This document shows positions 21,142-30,311 of a DNA stretch of 64,000 bases, in pieces. Location: positions 14,752-78,751 of the IMG/VR virus record IMGVR_UViG_2595698890_000001; one strand, written 5' to 3'. Source of the DNA: a virus. Its lineage: Duplodnaviria > Caudoviricetes. Every line of letters starts with the position of its first letter. Position 1 is the first letter of the stretch. The notes beneath the pieces were generated by a model, which searched no databases, was not told the DNA's origin, and saw only the letters and a program-made list of their open reading frames with translations. Made by a program: the position numbers and the translations under genes.

Positions 21142-21561
21142 ATGAACGCCGCTGTTAATAGTAAGGGTCGTGATGATCCGAACGTGGTTGAAATGTGTCC
21201 GAAAGGACCTTCTAGTAAGGGGGATGGCAATGTGCCAAATGATACAAACAAGCACATAGCTGCGGTACTCGTCCTACTGGTAGCGGGGGCGATTACTTGG
21301 GCTGGGTTTCAACTCAGCGACAATAACGCAGCAATGAGGGCTCAGGCGGTCGTCTCGCAGAGTCAGAACGATTTACTTAAACAACTCACATCCGATGTCA
21401 GGATCATCCAAGGTGGCTTGGCGACGCAAAATGGGGACCTCCGTGTACTGCGGACAGACCTGAATAACACCATGAACCGTGTTGACCGCATCGAAGGTGC
21501 GCAGCAGTTCTTGGACCAGAAAGTAATGTCTGCATTAGCGGACAAGGCAAAGGAGCAATAA
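21142..21561 (+). CDS. Membrane-anchored coiled-coil protein in the lysis cassette (start may be further downstream)
   Basis: One TM segment followed by heptad repeats; precedes the holin. Confidence 0.55.
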   Translation: MNAAVNSKGRDDPNVVEMCPKGPSSKGDGNVPNDTNKHIAAVLVLLVAGAITWAGFQLSDNNAAMRAQAVVSQSQNDLLKQLTSDVRIIQGGLATQNGDLRVLRTDLNNTMNRVDRIEGAQQFLDQKVMSALADKAKEQ

Positions 21562-21563
21562 CG

Positions 21564-21845
21564 ATGAAGATGCGCGAGATGCTAATGCTCGCGCTATCCA
21601 TTGTGATAGCGTTAGCGGTGGTAATGCTTATGGCGGACCCATCAACGTTTGGTTTAATCTTAGTAAAGACAGCTAAGGCGGTAGTCGCGCTGGCAGCTTT
21701 ACGTCTAACAGTCTACTACTTGGACAAGGTGGTAGGCATCGACTTCAAGAAAGCGATGGGGGGATGGGATGGTCAGGCTATGGCTATTTATCTCGGTGCT
21801 CGTTTCATTGGTGCTGCCGTTCTCTTCGGCTGCGTCTTTGGTTAA
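21564..21845 (+). CDS. Putative holin
   Basis: 93 aa with three hydrophobic segments; overlaps the endolysin start. Confidence 0.65.
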   Translation: MKMREMLMLALSIVIALAVVMLMADPSTFGLILVKTAKAVVALAALRLTVYYLDKVVGIDFKKAMGGWDGQAMAIYLGARFIGAAVLFGCVFG

Positions 21846-22359
21846 GAACACCGAGTACGATCATCTAATCTACAAGGCATGGGAGAACTACGTACCACAG
21901 ACGCAATGCTGGCACTGGCTGAAAGCACAGTACTACCAAGAGAGTTTGCTGAAGCCGGATGCCAAGAGTCATGTGGGGGCTATGGGAATAGCACAGGTCA
22001 TGCCCGGTACTTGGTTAGACATTAGTAAGAAACTCCGTTTTAACGCACGAGCGTCACCCTACGACCCTGAGCTCTCAATCGAAGCTGGCGCTTACTACCT
22101 GAATTACCAGTGGAGCCAGTGGCGAGCAAAGCGGACTTTCGAAGATAGAATCAGCTTAGCCTTTGCAGGATACAACGCAGGACTGGGCAACATACTAAAA
22201 GCACAGCGCCTGTCCGGGGGTCGGGCAGATTGGAAGTCGATTAGCGAAGCACTCCCGGGAGTCACGGGAGAGAACAGCAAGGAGACCATCCAGTACGTCG
22301 AACGTATCTTCCGCTGGAAGAAACAACTAGACGAGCATCGAAGTTGTGTAATTTACTAA
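21769..22359 (+). CDS. Endolysin, SLT lytic transglycosylase with N-terminal export signal
   Basis: QES catalytic motif, GAMGIAQVMPGTW, AGYNAG, ETIQYV. Confidence 0.9.
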   Translation: MVRLWLFISVLVSLVLPFSSAASLVKNTEYDHLIYKAWENYVPQTQCWHWLKAQYYQESLLKPDAKSHVGAMGIAQVMPGTWLDISKKLRFNARASPYDPELSIEAGAYYLNYQWSQWRAKRTFEDRISLAFAGYNAGLGNILKAQRLSGGRADWKSISEALPGVTGENSKETIQYVERIFRWKKQLDEHRSCVIY

Positions 22360-22368
22360 AACTATAAC

Positions 22369-22394
22369 AGGGAGCTTCGGCTCCCTTTATTTTT
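22369..22394 (+). terminator. Intrinsic terminator
   Basis: AGGGAGC-TTCG-GCTCCCT plus T tract. Confidence 0.85.
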
Positions 22395-22414
22395 ACTAAT
22401 GTGAGATTACTAAA

Positions 22415-22909
22415 ATGTTTGGTACATTACTAAGATACGGAGGCACATTACTAAAAGGTGTGTCTGCATTCTGGAACCGATACAAATTACTAATTATTTT
22501 GTCCGTCGCGCTGGGAGCGATTTACAGGGCGTATTCGATTGGATATGACCTAGGTTCCACCTATGAGCGACAAAAGGCTACCACGGCGATTCTGGACGCC
22601 ACAAACAAGGCTAGAGAGGAAGAGCTTTCCTACTACCGGGACCAGATAGCCCGCTTAAACGAAAAACACCGCAAAGAACTCGAATTGGAGAAGAGTAATG
22701 TTAAGATACAAACCGTCATTGAGACCAAGTGGCTTACTAAAACGCCAGTGTGTGAGATTAGTAAAACTGACCCTGAGCAGTTTGTTTTTAGTAATGAGTA
22801 TGTCGGCTTGTACAACGACGCAGTACGTGCAGCCAACAGAGCCACCCAAGAAGGACATCCCGCCGGAATTACTAAAACGCTGCCCACCAATGAAGACAGT
22901 GGAGAGTAA
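22415..22909 (+). CDS. Inner-membrane spanin (Rz-like)
   Basis: N-terminal TM, periplasmic coiled coil, single Cys; follows the endolysin. Confidence 0.75.
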   Translation: MFGTLLRYGGTLLKGVSAFWNRYKLLIILSVALGAIYRAYSIGYDLGSTYERQKATTAILDATNKAREEELSYYRDQIARLNEKHRKELELEKSNVKIQTVIETKWLTKTPVCEISKTDPEQFVFSNEYVGLYNDAVRAANRATQEGHPAGITKTLPTNEDSGE

Positions 22910-23009
22910 CGACCCTTGGGTTTTACTAAAAGTGGCTACCGAGAATGTGGGGACGGCTGCAAGCTGCATACTCGACTACCACACCCTACAGGACACAGTT
23001 AGCGACTGA
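22752..23009 (+). CDS. Outer-membrane spanin lipoprotein (Rz1-like), overlapping the i-spanin
   Basis: GTG start, signal peptide ending MSA-C lipobox, Pro-rich mature region with two more Cys. Confidence 0.8.
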   Translation: MRLVKLTLSSLFLVMSMSACTTTQYVQPTEPPKKDIPPELLKRCPPMKTVESNDPWVLLKVATENVGTAASCILDYHTLQDTVSD

Positions 23010-23022
23010 CTCGCCATAGTGG

Positions 23023-23058
23023 TTGACAGGAGGGCGTCAATATGTCATGATGCCCTCC
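23023..23058 (+). promoter_or_regulatory. Sigma70 promoter overlapped by an 11-bp inverted repeat
   Basis: TTGACA-N17-CATGAT; GGAGGGCGTCA / TGATGCCCTCC inverted repeat. Confidence 0.65.
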
Positions 23059-23086
23059 GTACTGTAAAACAACAGGAGACAATGCC

Positions 23087-23395
23087 ATGTCAAGAGTACC
23101 GACGGACCTGACAGTAAGCCGTAAGGTAATGCAGGACCTATCAACACGTGAAGCCCTCGTGCTTGCGTATATCCAAGCCCGCTTAGATTATTCTACTAGC
23201 AAAGAGCGTAAGATGGAGGACGATCTAATCTGGGTCCGCGTACCTGCGCAAGAGATTGCGGAAGAGCTGGGTATGAGTGGGCGTACTGTTCAGAGGTCTA
23301 TCCCACTCTTAGTAAAAGCAGGGAAGCTTACCACTAAGAAACTATCGTATGATTCGATGGATAGTGCCAACTGGTTTGCAGTTACTAAGGAGTAG
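23087..23395 (+). CDS. Winged helix-turn-helix DNA-binding protein
   Basis: AQEIAEELGMSGRTVQRSIPLLVKAGKL HTH pattern. Confidence 0.8.
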   Translation: MSRVPTDLTVSRKVMQDLSTREALVLAYIQARLDYSTSKERKMEDDLIWVRVPAQEIAEELGMSGRTVQRSIPLLVKAGKLTTKKLSYDSMDSANWFAVTKE

Positions 23396-23397
23396 GC

Positions 23398-24480
23398 ATG
23401 TCTGAAGATAAAGTGGTGCGTCTGAGTACCGCGTTAGACCCAGACACAGTACCACACGCCTTATGTAAGATTCAGTTCGCTCAGGTTCCTGTGGATGTTA
23501 TCGAAGACCTATCCAATATGGGCGTTAGTGGCAGAGCGGCGCTAACAGTGTTTGCGTGGCTTCAAGCTAAGCCTGAAGACTGGCAGATCGTCAATGAGGT
23601 GATTATGAGCCAGCTGGGGTTTAGTTCTGGAGGACTGGCAGCGGCTTTAAAAGTACTAAAGGAAGTGGGTCTCTTAGTAAAAGAGCCGATCCGGTGTACC
23701 AAGTGCGGAAAGGTTGCGTTTCATCGAAGCATATTGTCCCCACACCCGGCATTCTCAATCGACTTTCTAAAAGTAAAGTATGCGATGGTGCTGGGAAAGT
23801 GCTGCTCACCAACCGGAGACACGGTAGTTAGGAAGGCTGGAAGACCCAGTATCCATAATTTAGATACTGGACCAAATGTCCAGAATCTAAATACCCATAG
23901 GGTGGACTCTCCACACAGTGGGCAAATAGATACTACATATAAGGATAATAACTTACATGGATTATCTACTAATAAAGAATCTTCTAACGAAGATTCTATC
24001 CCCTCTAAGCGGGTGCGGAGACCTCGGCGTAAGCAGGAGGGCTTTAACGTTAGTAAACCAAAAGAAAGAAAGCCTCGTACGAAGAGTGTGGAACTTACTA
24101 AACATGTGTTTACTCTAGAGAACGTGGGAGGTGAAGAGCACACTCTTACTAAAGCGAACTTCGAACTACTCTATGATTTCGTGGAAAGACAGAAGATTGC
24201 TCTTACCCGGGGTGAGCTAGACGCTTGGCTGGAAATAAATAATGCAAGCTTAGGCTTGAAGATTAAGACGAAGCGTTCCGTGGTGGCTACCATCAAGAAC
24301 TGGCTGGCGCGTTACAGCGAAGCAGACCGCTGGAAAATAGACAAGCACTTGGGTAAGAATACTGGGCGTGTTGGGTCACGCAGACCACAGCGTCTTAACG
24401 GCAACTTGAGTGATCGCCATCGAGAGAGTGAGATCCGAGTTCCAGCGCACTTACAAAAACTAATGGATAAGGAGTCTTAG
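23398..24480 (+). CDS. Replication initiator-like protein (N-terminal wHTH, CxxC)
   Basis: WLQAKPEDW...ALKVLKEVGLL wHTH, low-complexity linker, directly upstream of a DnaC-like loader. Confidence 0.6.
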   Translation: MSEDKVVRLSTALDPDTVPHALCKIQFAQVPVDVIEDLSNMGVSGRAALTVFAWLQAKPEDWQIVNEVIMSQLGFSSGGLAAALKVLKEVGLLVKEPIRCTKCGKVAFHRSILSPHPAFSIDFLKVKYAMVLGKCCSPTGDTVVRKAGRPSIHNLDTGPNVQNLNTHRVDSPHSGQIDTTYKDNNLHGLSTNKESSNEDSIPSKRVRRPRRKQEGFNVSKPKERKPRTKSVELTKHVFTLENVGGEEHTLTKANFELLYDFVERQKIALTRGELDAWLEINNASLGLKIKTKRSVVATIKNWLARYSEADRWKIDKHLGKNTGRVGSRRPQRLNGNLSDRHRESEIRVPAHLQKLMDKES

Positions 24481-24484
24481 TAAA

Positions 24485-25321
24485 ATGACTAGCTTAAACA
24501 AACTAAGAACGATTGCAGACAGGATCAGTATCGGGCAGCTCCCACAACGACGTGGTGAGTACCGTGCCATCCTCAAGCAGCTAGCGGAGGCAGGGGACGA
24601 CGTTAGTCAATACATCCGTCCCAAGTTCCACCCCCGGGTGAACAAGATGCGTACTCGCGGCATACCTGCCGTACACCGCCGTAGTACGTTCGCGTCGTTC
24701 GAGGCTACGGGAAGCCTCAAAGCCAAGAAGGAAATGGTGGAGGCTTACGCAGAGAACTTTACCGAGATGTTTGAGTCCGGTACTAACTTGGTACTCATCG
24801 GCGGTAACGGCGTGGGCAAGACGCACCTAGCTAGTGCCTTGGGCATCAAGCTGGGAATCCGCACTTGTACCATTGCGGAAACTAGATCGTACTTCGAGGA
24901 GTTATCGGAGGACGACGAGTTGTACTACGAGCTGTTTGGGGACAACGTGCCTCCGTTCAAGTTCGTGAACATCGAGCGAACCATGCAGGACTTAATGCAC
25001 GCTTTCGACAGCAAGATGAACAACTGGGACGATGGCAATGCTTTCCGAGTGGCTGAGTCTGAGTTCCAACAACTGGTAGAGCTTAAAGGTTTACTAATCT
25101 TGGACGAGTACGCGGCGACTAAGGTAAACCCGATGTGCTTGAACTTCCTAAACCGATTGGCTACCTACCGCTACGACAACAACTTGCCAACGTGCATTAT
25201 TACTAACCGCACTGAGGAAGAGTTACGTGAATACGACTCAACGGCAGCGAGTCGATTCTTGTCTCAAGGCGGTTTAGTAATCCGGTTCGAGGAGGACGAC
25301 TATCGTGCAAAGGGTCGATAA
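24485..25321 (+). CDS. DnaC / IstB-like helicase loader ATPase
   Basis: GGNGVGKTHLASA, LLILDE, RY-NNLPTCIITN, ASR motifs. Confidence 0.85.
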   Translation: MTSLNKLRTIADRISIGQLPQRRGEYRAILKQLAEAGDDVSQYIRPKFHPRVNKMRTRGIPAVHRRSTFASFEATGSLKAKKEMVEAYAENFTEMFESGTNLVLIGGNGVGKTHLASALGIKLGIRTCTIAETRSYFEELSEDDELYYELFGDNVPPFKFVNIERTMQDLMHAFDSKMNNWDDGNAFRVAESEFQQLVELKGLLILDEYAATKVNPMCLNFLNRLATYRYDNNLPTCIITNRTEEELREYDSTAASRFLSQGGLVIRFEEDDYRAKGR

Positions 25322-25727
25322 ACTTCGACGGGAATACAAGAATCTTTCCATACAGGAGAAAAACCAATTCCTGTTCTGGTTGGGGCTTTCTTCGCAGAAC
25401 GCCCCAGAACGGTTTTCAGACCGGAAGATATACGAATGCCTTCGGGCATCGCTAAAGAAGCTGTCAGCAGCCGGAGATTTGCATTTTGAGGCGCTTAAAG
25501 ATGGTCCTTCAGGCAAACATCTGGTTTCAGCGGTGGAAAAGCTAAATTCAGCGGCTGAGAACGTGGAATCCGAACATCGAGAGAGATTCTTACTAAAGTA
25601 CTGCGCAACGGCTGTGGGGAGATTGGTAGCCATCGACTCTCCCCTAACGCTTCCTAATTTACTAAAAGTAATCTGCCGTCATCACGCGCAGATTACGGAG
25701 GACTTACAACGTGAGCTTTCTTACTAA
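25305..25727 (+). CDS. Hypothetical protein
   Basis: GAGGAGG RBS before GTG; fills the operon gap. Confidence 0.6.
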   Translation: MQRVDKLRREYKNLSIQEKNQFLFWLGLSSQNAPERFSDRKIYECLRASLKKLSAAGDLHFEALKDGPSGKHLVSAVEKLNSAAENVESEHRERFLLKYCATAVGRLVAIDSPLTLPNLLKVICRHHAQITEDLQRELSY

Positions 25728-26565
25728 AAAACAGAAAGTGCTTCTGCTAGTCGATGTGTCGAACATCATGTACAAGGCAATGCACATCCATAAACATCTT
25801 ACTAAGGACGACAAGTTCACTGGTGGGATTTATGGCTTTATGGCTCAAGTAAACACAGCCATCCGCGAGAACGAAGCTACACACGTGGTTTTTTGCTGTG
25901 ATCGCAAACCGTACTTCCGTGAGGAAGGTCTTAGTGTGGACTACAAGGCTGGTCGTGAGAAGTCGCCGGAGACAGAGGACCGCCTAGCCCAAACCGAGGA
26001 TGCCGTTAACGAGCTAACAGCCTTCTTCACGAAGTGGGAGTTCGAAGGACTTGAGGCGGACGACTTGATTGCCTACGCGGTACATCGCTACTACCACCGC
26101 TTTGATAAGATCATAGTGCAGACCAGCGACACCGACCCTTACCAGCTATTCCGCGAGGGTGATACCAAGCTGGCATTCTGGAAGAACCAGAAGGACGGGC
26201 TGTTTACCTACGACGACTTCAAGGAAGCTACTGGGTTTACGGCTGGTATGGAGTGGCTGGCTCAAGATGCTATCACAGGTGGGCACAACGGCATGGGCAA
26301 GGGTATCGTAGGTTACGGTCCGAAGCGAGCCACAGACCTTATACTCAAGCGTACGGTGTCGATACCACAGCTGCTCAGCATCTACCCAGACGCTGGGTAC
26401 AACTTCACAGTAATGCAGCTACCGCACCATAAGATCAGCAAGTACTCGGGAGACATCCGACTAGAGCTTACCTGCATGAGTAGAAAAGACCTTACTAAAT
26501 TCTGTCTATCGTATGGTATTAAAATGCCTCCGGCATGGGTCGAGTCTTTTACTAAGGTTAAATAA
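25711..26565 (+). CDS. 5'-3' exonuclease / flap endonuclease
   Basis: LLVD, YKAGR, EADDLIA, SDTD motifs and GYGPKRA helix-hairpin. Confidence 0.9.
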   Translation: MSFLTKKQKVLLLVDVSNIMYKAMHIHKHLTKDDKFTGGIYGFMAQVNTAIRENEATHVVFCCDRKPYFREEGLSVDYKAGREKSPETEDRLAQTEDAVNELTAFFTKWEFEGLEADDLIAYAVHRYYHRFDKIIVQTSDTDPYQLFREGDTKLAFWKNQKDGLFTYDDFKEATGFTAGMEWLAQDAITGGHNGMGKGIVGYGPKRATDLILKRTVSIPQLLSIYPDAGYNFTVMQLPHHKISKYSGDIRLELTCMSRKDLTKFCLSYGIKMPPAWVESFTKVK

Positions 26566-28184
26566 TGGCTACAAACAAAAACATGATGAGCATTCCAGAT
26601 GCTCAGGACATCGTTACACTCGCGTGTTTTAGTGAGAAGGCAGCACCGCAGCTGTTCGCAAGTGTAACACTACGCCACTTGCCTAACGACAAGCTGCGTG
26701 AAGTGTTCTCTCGTGCTAAGGACTACTTTGATGAGTACGGCAAGCCTGTAGGCTCCCATATCACCAACGAGTTCGCAGACGAGCTTAATGACCGCAAACA
26801 GCGTGCTCGTGCTAACGGCTACCGCGACCTGATCGAAGGTCTGATGGAGAACGCCGAAGAGGTAAACGCAGAGTACGTGCTGAAGGGATTGCGTGACTTC
26901 CTGTGGGTGCAAGAGCTTCGCGGTAACATTCCTAAGCTGGTAGAGAATCTTGAAGACAACAAACTGAAGGAAACTGAGGCGATCCTCAACAAGCTGGCAT
27001 CCACAAAGCAGGAGGAAGACTTTAACTACATCTGGGCTTCCGATATGGAGCAGGTGTACCAAGGGATCTTCCATCGTGAAGTCGGTGAGAGTCTTGAGAT
27101 CGGCATCAAGGAGCTGGACGAGAACAACGTTCGACCTACCAAGAAAGAGCTTTTAGTAATGCTGGCACCGCCTAAGCGTGGTAAGTCATGGTTTGGTGTG
27201 CAATGCCTACGTGCGGGCGTGCAGAACCGACGCAAGAAGTGGAAGACTTTACTAATTACTCTTGAAATGGCTCACGTTAAGTTTGGTGAGCGTTTCGTGC
27301 AGAATTTGTGGGGTCGCTGCCTAGGTGAGCCTCAAGAGGTGTCGAGTACAGTGATCGAGCGTGACGAGTTCGGGTTCATTAGTAATCTGCAAAACGAGCC
27401 ACGCTATCAGTGCGAATCCATCTTAGATACTTTCGCAGATGAGAAGCACGCAGCCCGAGCAACACAAGAATGGTTTGAGAAGCATTCTACAGAGCGCCCG
27501 TTCGTAATGGCTCAGTTCCCGACAGGTGCCTTTACTATGCGTAAACTGCGGGCTTTGGTAGACTGGTTAGATAAGGTCGAGGGTTGGCATCCAGATCAGA
27601 TCATCCTCGATTACCCGGGGATCATGAAACTAGACATCAACAACAAGCGCCAAGCTATGAACCAGCTTTATCAGGACCTTCGTGGCTTCGCGGTTACTAA
27701 CAATATCGCAATGGTTGCATTCCACCAGTCTAACCGTGACGGTGCTCGTGAGCAGGGTATCGACGACGTGATTGACGAAACGAATGCGGGCGAGGATTTT
27801 TCCGTAACACAGCACGCGGATTACCTCATAACTTACAACCAGTCCCCTGTTGAGCGTGAGCTTAACTTAGCGCGACTATACGTACCCCTTAACCGTAACG
27901 GTAAGGACAAGTACCAGATCGTAATCAGCCAGAACTACGCTACCGGGCAGTTCTGTTTGACGAGTGCGTATCGCGGGGGTGACTACACAGGACTTGTGGT
28001 GCCAGATGCAGAAGAAGCGAATGAGAACCCAACTCGTGAAAGAGCCGCAGTCGAGCCTCCGAAGGGATTCCAGATCGACGAGTATGGAACGTGGTTCGAC
28101 CCGGAAACTGGCGAAGTCTGGAAAGGCAACAATAAGGGAGCAGGTAATGGGGAAGGTTCAGGATTTCTTAAACAGGGAGCTTGA
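26565..28184 (+). CDS. Replicative helicase (DnaB-like, SF4)
   Basis: APPKRGKS Walker A, ITLEM, IILDY, QSNR, NRNG. Confidence 0.9.
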   Translation: MATNKNMMSIPDAQDIVTLACFSEKAAPQLFASVTLRHLPNDKLREVFSRAKDYFDEYGKPVGSHITNEFADELNDRKQRARANGYRDLIEGLMENAEEVNAEYVLKGLRDFLWVQELRGNIPKLVENLEDNKLKETEAILNKLASTKQEEDFNYIWASDMEQVYQGIFHREVGESLEIGIKELDENNVRPTKKELLVMLAPPKRGKSWFGVQCLRAGVQNRRKKWKTLLITLEMAHVKFGERFVQNLWGRCLGEPQEVSSTVIERDEFGFISNLQNEPRYQCESILDTFADEKHAARATQEWFEKHSTERPFVMAQFPTGAFTMRKLRALVDWLDKVEGWHPDQIILDYPGIMKLDINNKRQAMNQLYQDLRGFAVTNNIAMVAFHQSNRDGAREQGIDDVIDETNAGEDFSVTQHADYLITYNQSPVERELNLARLYVPLNRNGKDKYQIVISQNYATGQFCLTSAYRGGDYTGLVVPDAEEANENPTRERAAVEPPKGFQIDEYGTWFDPETGEVWKGNNKGAGNGEGSGFLKQGA

Positions 28185-29697
28185 CGACTGGCGCTGGCTG
28201 AAGGAGTTAGAGGACGATACTCCGATTTACGACGAATTAGTAAATTTGCCAGTACGCCCGGAGTTTGAGTTCCGCCCGTACATGTGTCAATTAGTGGGAT
28301 ACTGGATAGGGATCTGCAAAGATTCCTTCCTGTTCTTTATGCCGATGTCTTCTGGAAAGACCAAGCTGATCCTAGACATATTCAACTATCGAGCTCGTGA
28401 GGATGAGGACCTTCGCGGGCTTATCCTCGTTCCGCGTGTAGCCAACATCAAGACGTGGGTGGATCAGGTAGGCATACACGCTCCTAATCTACACGCACTG
28501 CCGATCCTTGGCTCTACGGACGAGAAGCGTCGCACGCTGTTTTCCGAAGCGGACCTGTACATAGCGTGCTATTCAGACCTTCAGTTCTTGATGGCTGACT
28601 TGCAGCAAGTTAAGGGCAAGAAGAAGAACCAGCGCAAGCCAAACGACCGTATGTGTCGTGAGGTACAGAAGCGCATCAACTTTGTCGCTTGTGATGAGAT
28701 ACACAAAGCAGGGAACCACGAGTCCTTGGTGTACAGACTTCTTAAACGTCTTACTAAAACAGCTCGATACCGCTATGGTATGACAGCCACACCGTTCAGC
28801 CGTAAGGTCGAGCGCCTGTGGGCTATCTTCAACCTGATTGACCACGGGGAGACCTTCGGGTCCACACTAACGTCATTCAGAGAGGTGTTCTTTACTAAAC
28901 GCCGTAACGTGTGGTCCGGGTTCTTCGAGCACGTGTTCGACGACAACATGAAACCAGACCTACACCGCCTAATGCAACACAGGTCAATACGATACGAAAA
29001 CCACGAGGTTAAGGAACTGCCGCCTGTGGTTTATCGCCGTGAAGAGCTGGACATGTCTAAGGAGCAGCTACAGCTTTACCGAGATGCACGCAAGGGCTTG
29101 GTAGACTGCGGTGGTGAGGCTAAGGCAGAGCTTGAGGCTGCGTACATCCGATCTCGCCAAGCACTGGCTGGGTACGTCGAGTGGAAGAACGAGGACCGCA
29201 AAGTAGAGGGCAAGTACCTGAAGTCGGATGCTAAGCTAGACTGGGTGCAGTCGTTCTTAGACGACACGGAAGAGAAGGTCGTGATCTTCTACGCCTACAC
29301 GAGTTCTGCTAAGCGTATTACGCAGTTACTAAAGAAGGAGAAGAAGAAGTTCTCGTGGATCTGGTCCGGGTGTAAAAACCCAATCAAGGCTTACGATGAT
29401 TTCCGAAACAAGGACGATGTGCAGTTCATGGTAATCAACTTGGCTTCCGGGGATGCGGGTCTTCAGTTCGAGATGGCACGCTACTGCGTGTTCTATGAGT
29501 CTCCAGAAGACCCAGTTACCCGGGAACAAGCAGAGGGTCGTGTAGCTCGTGATGGGGAGACCGCCACAGACAACACGTACATAGTGGACCTTGTTACTAA
29601 GAAGTCGTTCGAGCCTAAACTCCTGAAGTCACTAGAGGATGGTCACAACTTCCAAGAGGAGGTGCTTTCAGGTCGATTCAGAGACTGGGAGGACTAA
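28147..29697 (+). CDS. SF2 (SNF2-like) helicase
   Basis: MSSGKT, DEIH, TATP, QAEGRVAR motifs. Confidence 0.9.
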   Translation: MGKVQDFLNRELDDWRWLKELEDDTPIYDELVNLPVRPEFEFRPYMCQLVGYWIGICKDSFLFFMPMSSGKTKLILDIFNYRAREDEDLRGLILVPRVANIKTWVDQVGIHAPNLHALPILGSTDEKRRTLFSEADLYIACYSDLQFLMADLQQVKGKKKNQRKPNDRMCREVQKRINFVACDEIHKAGNHESLVYRLLKRLTKTARYRYGMTATPFSRKVERLWAIFNLIDHGETFGSTLTSFREVFFTKRRNVWSGFFEHVFDDNMKPDLHRLMQHRSIRYENHEVKELPPVVYRREELDMSKEQLQLYRDARKGLVDCGGEAKAELEAAYIRSRQALAGYVEWKNEDRKVEGKYLKSDAKLDWVQSFLDDTEEKVVIFYAYTSSAKRITQLLKKEKKKFSWIWSGCKNPIKAYDDFRNKDDVQFMVINLASGDAGLQFEMARYCVFYESPEDPVTREQAEGRVARDGETATDNTYIVDLVTKKSFEPKLLKSLEDGHNFQEEVLSGRFRDWED

Positions 29698-30311
29698 TGG
29701 CTTTACTAAGACGTAGAGTTATCCACACACCAACTAAGAGCGGGCGCTTACGCGCTCGCCTTGTCGTTGAGAAGGTTACTAATAGTAAACCGACTACCCG
29801 CAAGCGCAAGAAGCGCCTAAAGGATTCCCTTCACAGCCAGCTATGCCTACTAGCCAAGAAGTGGATCTACAAGCAGGGGTTTGGGGTAGCCGTGGATGAC
29901 AGGATGAAAGCTGCCTGTGTTACCGGAGAGCAGCCGGACGCTTTAGGGTGGAGAGCTAGCGTTAGCATTCTGATCGAGGTCAAGACATCCCGAAGCGACT
30001 TCCTTGCCGACAAGAACAAGAAGTTCCGGGCAGACCCGTCGATAGGGATGGGAGACTGGCGCTTTTACCTGTGTCCTAAAGACCTAATTAGTAAAGATGA
30101 GCTCCCGGAAGGTTGGGGGCTTCTCTACTATAGCGACGGCAAGATCCGTCGGGTGCACGGTGGTCCTAAAAGCAACGGGTGGACGTTCGACTCAATACCC
30201 TTCCGTGGTAATAAAGAGTGTGAGATGTCCTACATGTATTCGGCTCTCAGACGTATGGTAGTACGAGGTCACTTAGAGTCTATGTATTCAATGGACGGCA
30301 TTAAGAAATGA
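29697..30311 (+). CDS. PD-(D/E)xK nuclease, MmcB-like
   Basis: EQPDALGW, IEVKTSRSDFLAD, ELPEGWGLL. Confidence 0.75.
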   Translation: MALLRRRVIHTPTKSGRLRARLVVEKVTNSKPTTRKRKKRLKDSLHSQLCLLAKKWIYKQGFGVAVDDRMKAACVTGEQPDALGWRASVSILIEVKTSRSDFLADKNKKFRADPSIGMGDWRFYLCPKDLISKDELPEGWGLLYYSDGKIRRVHGGPKSNGWTFDSIPFRGNKECEMSYMYSALRRMVVRGHLESMYSMDGIKK

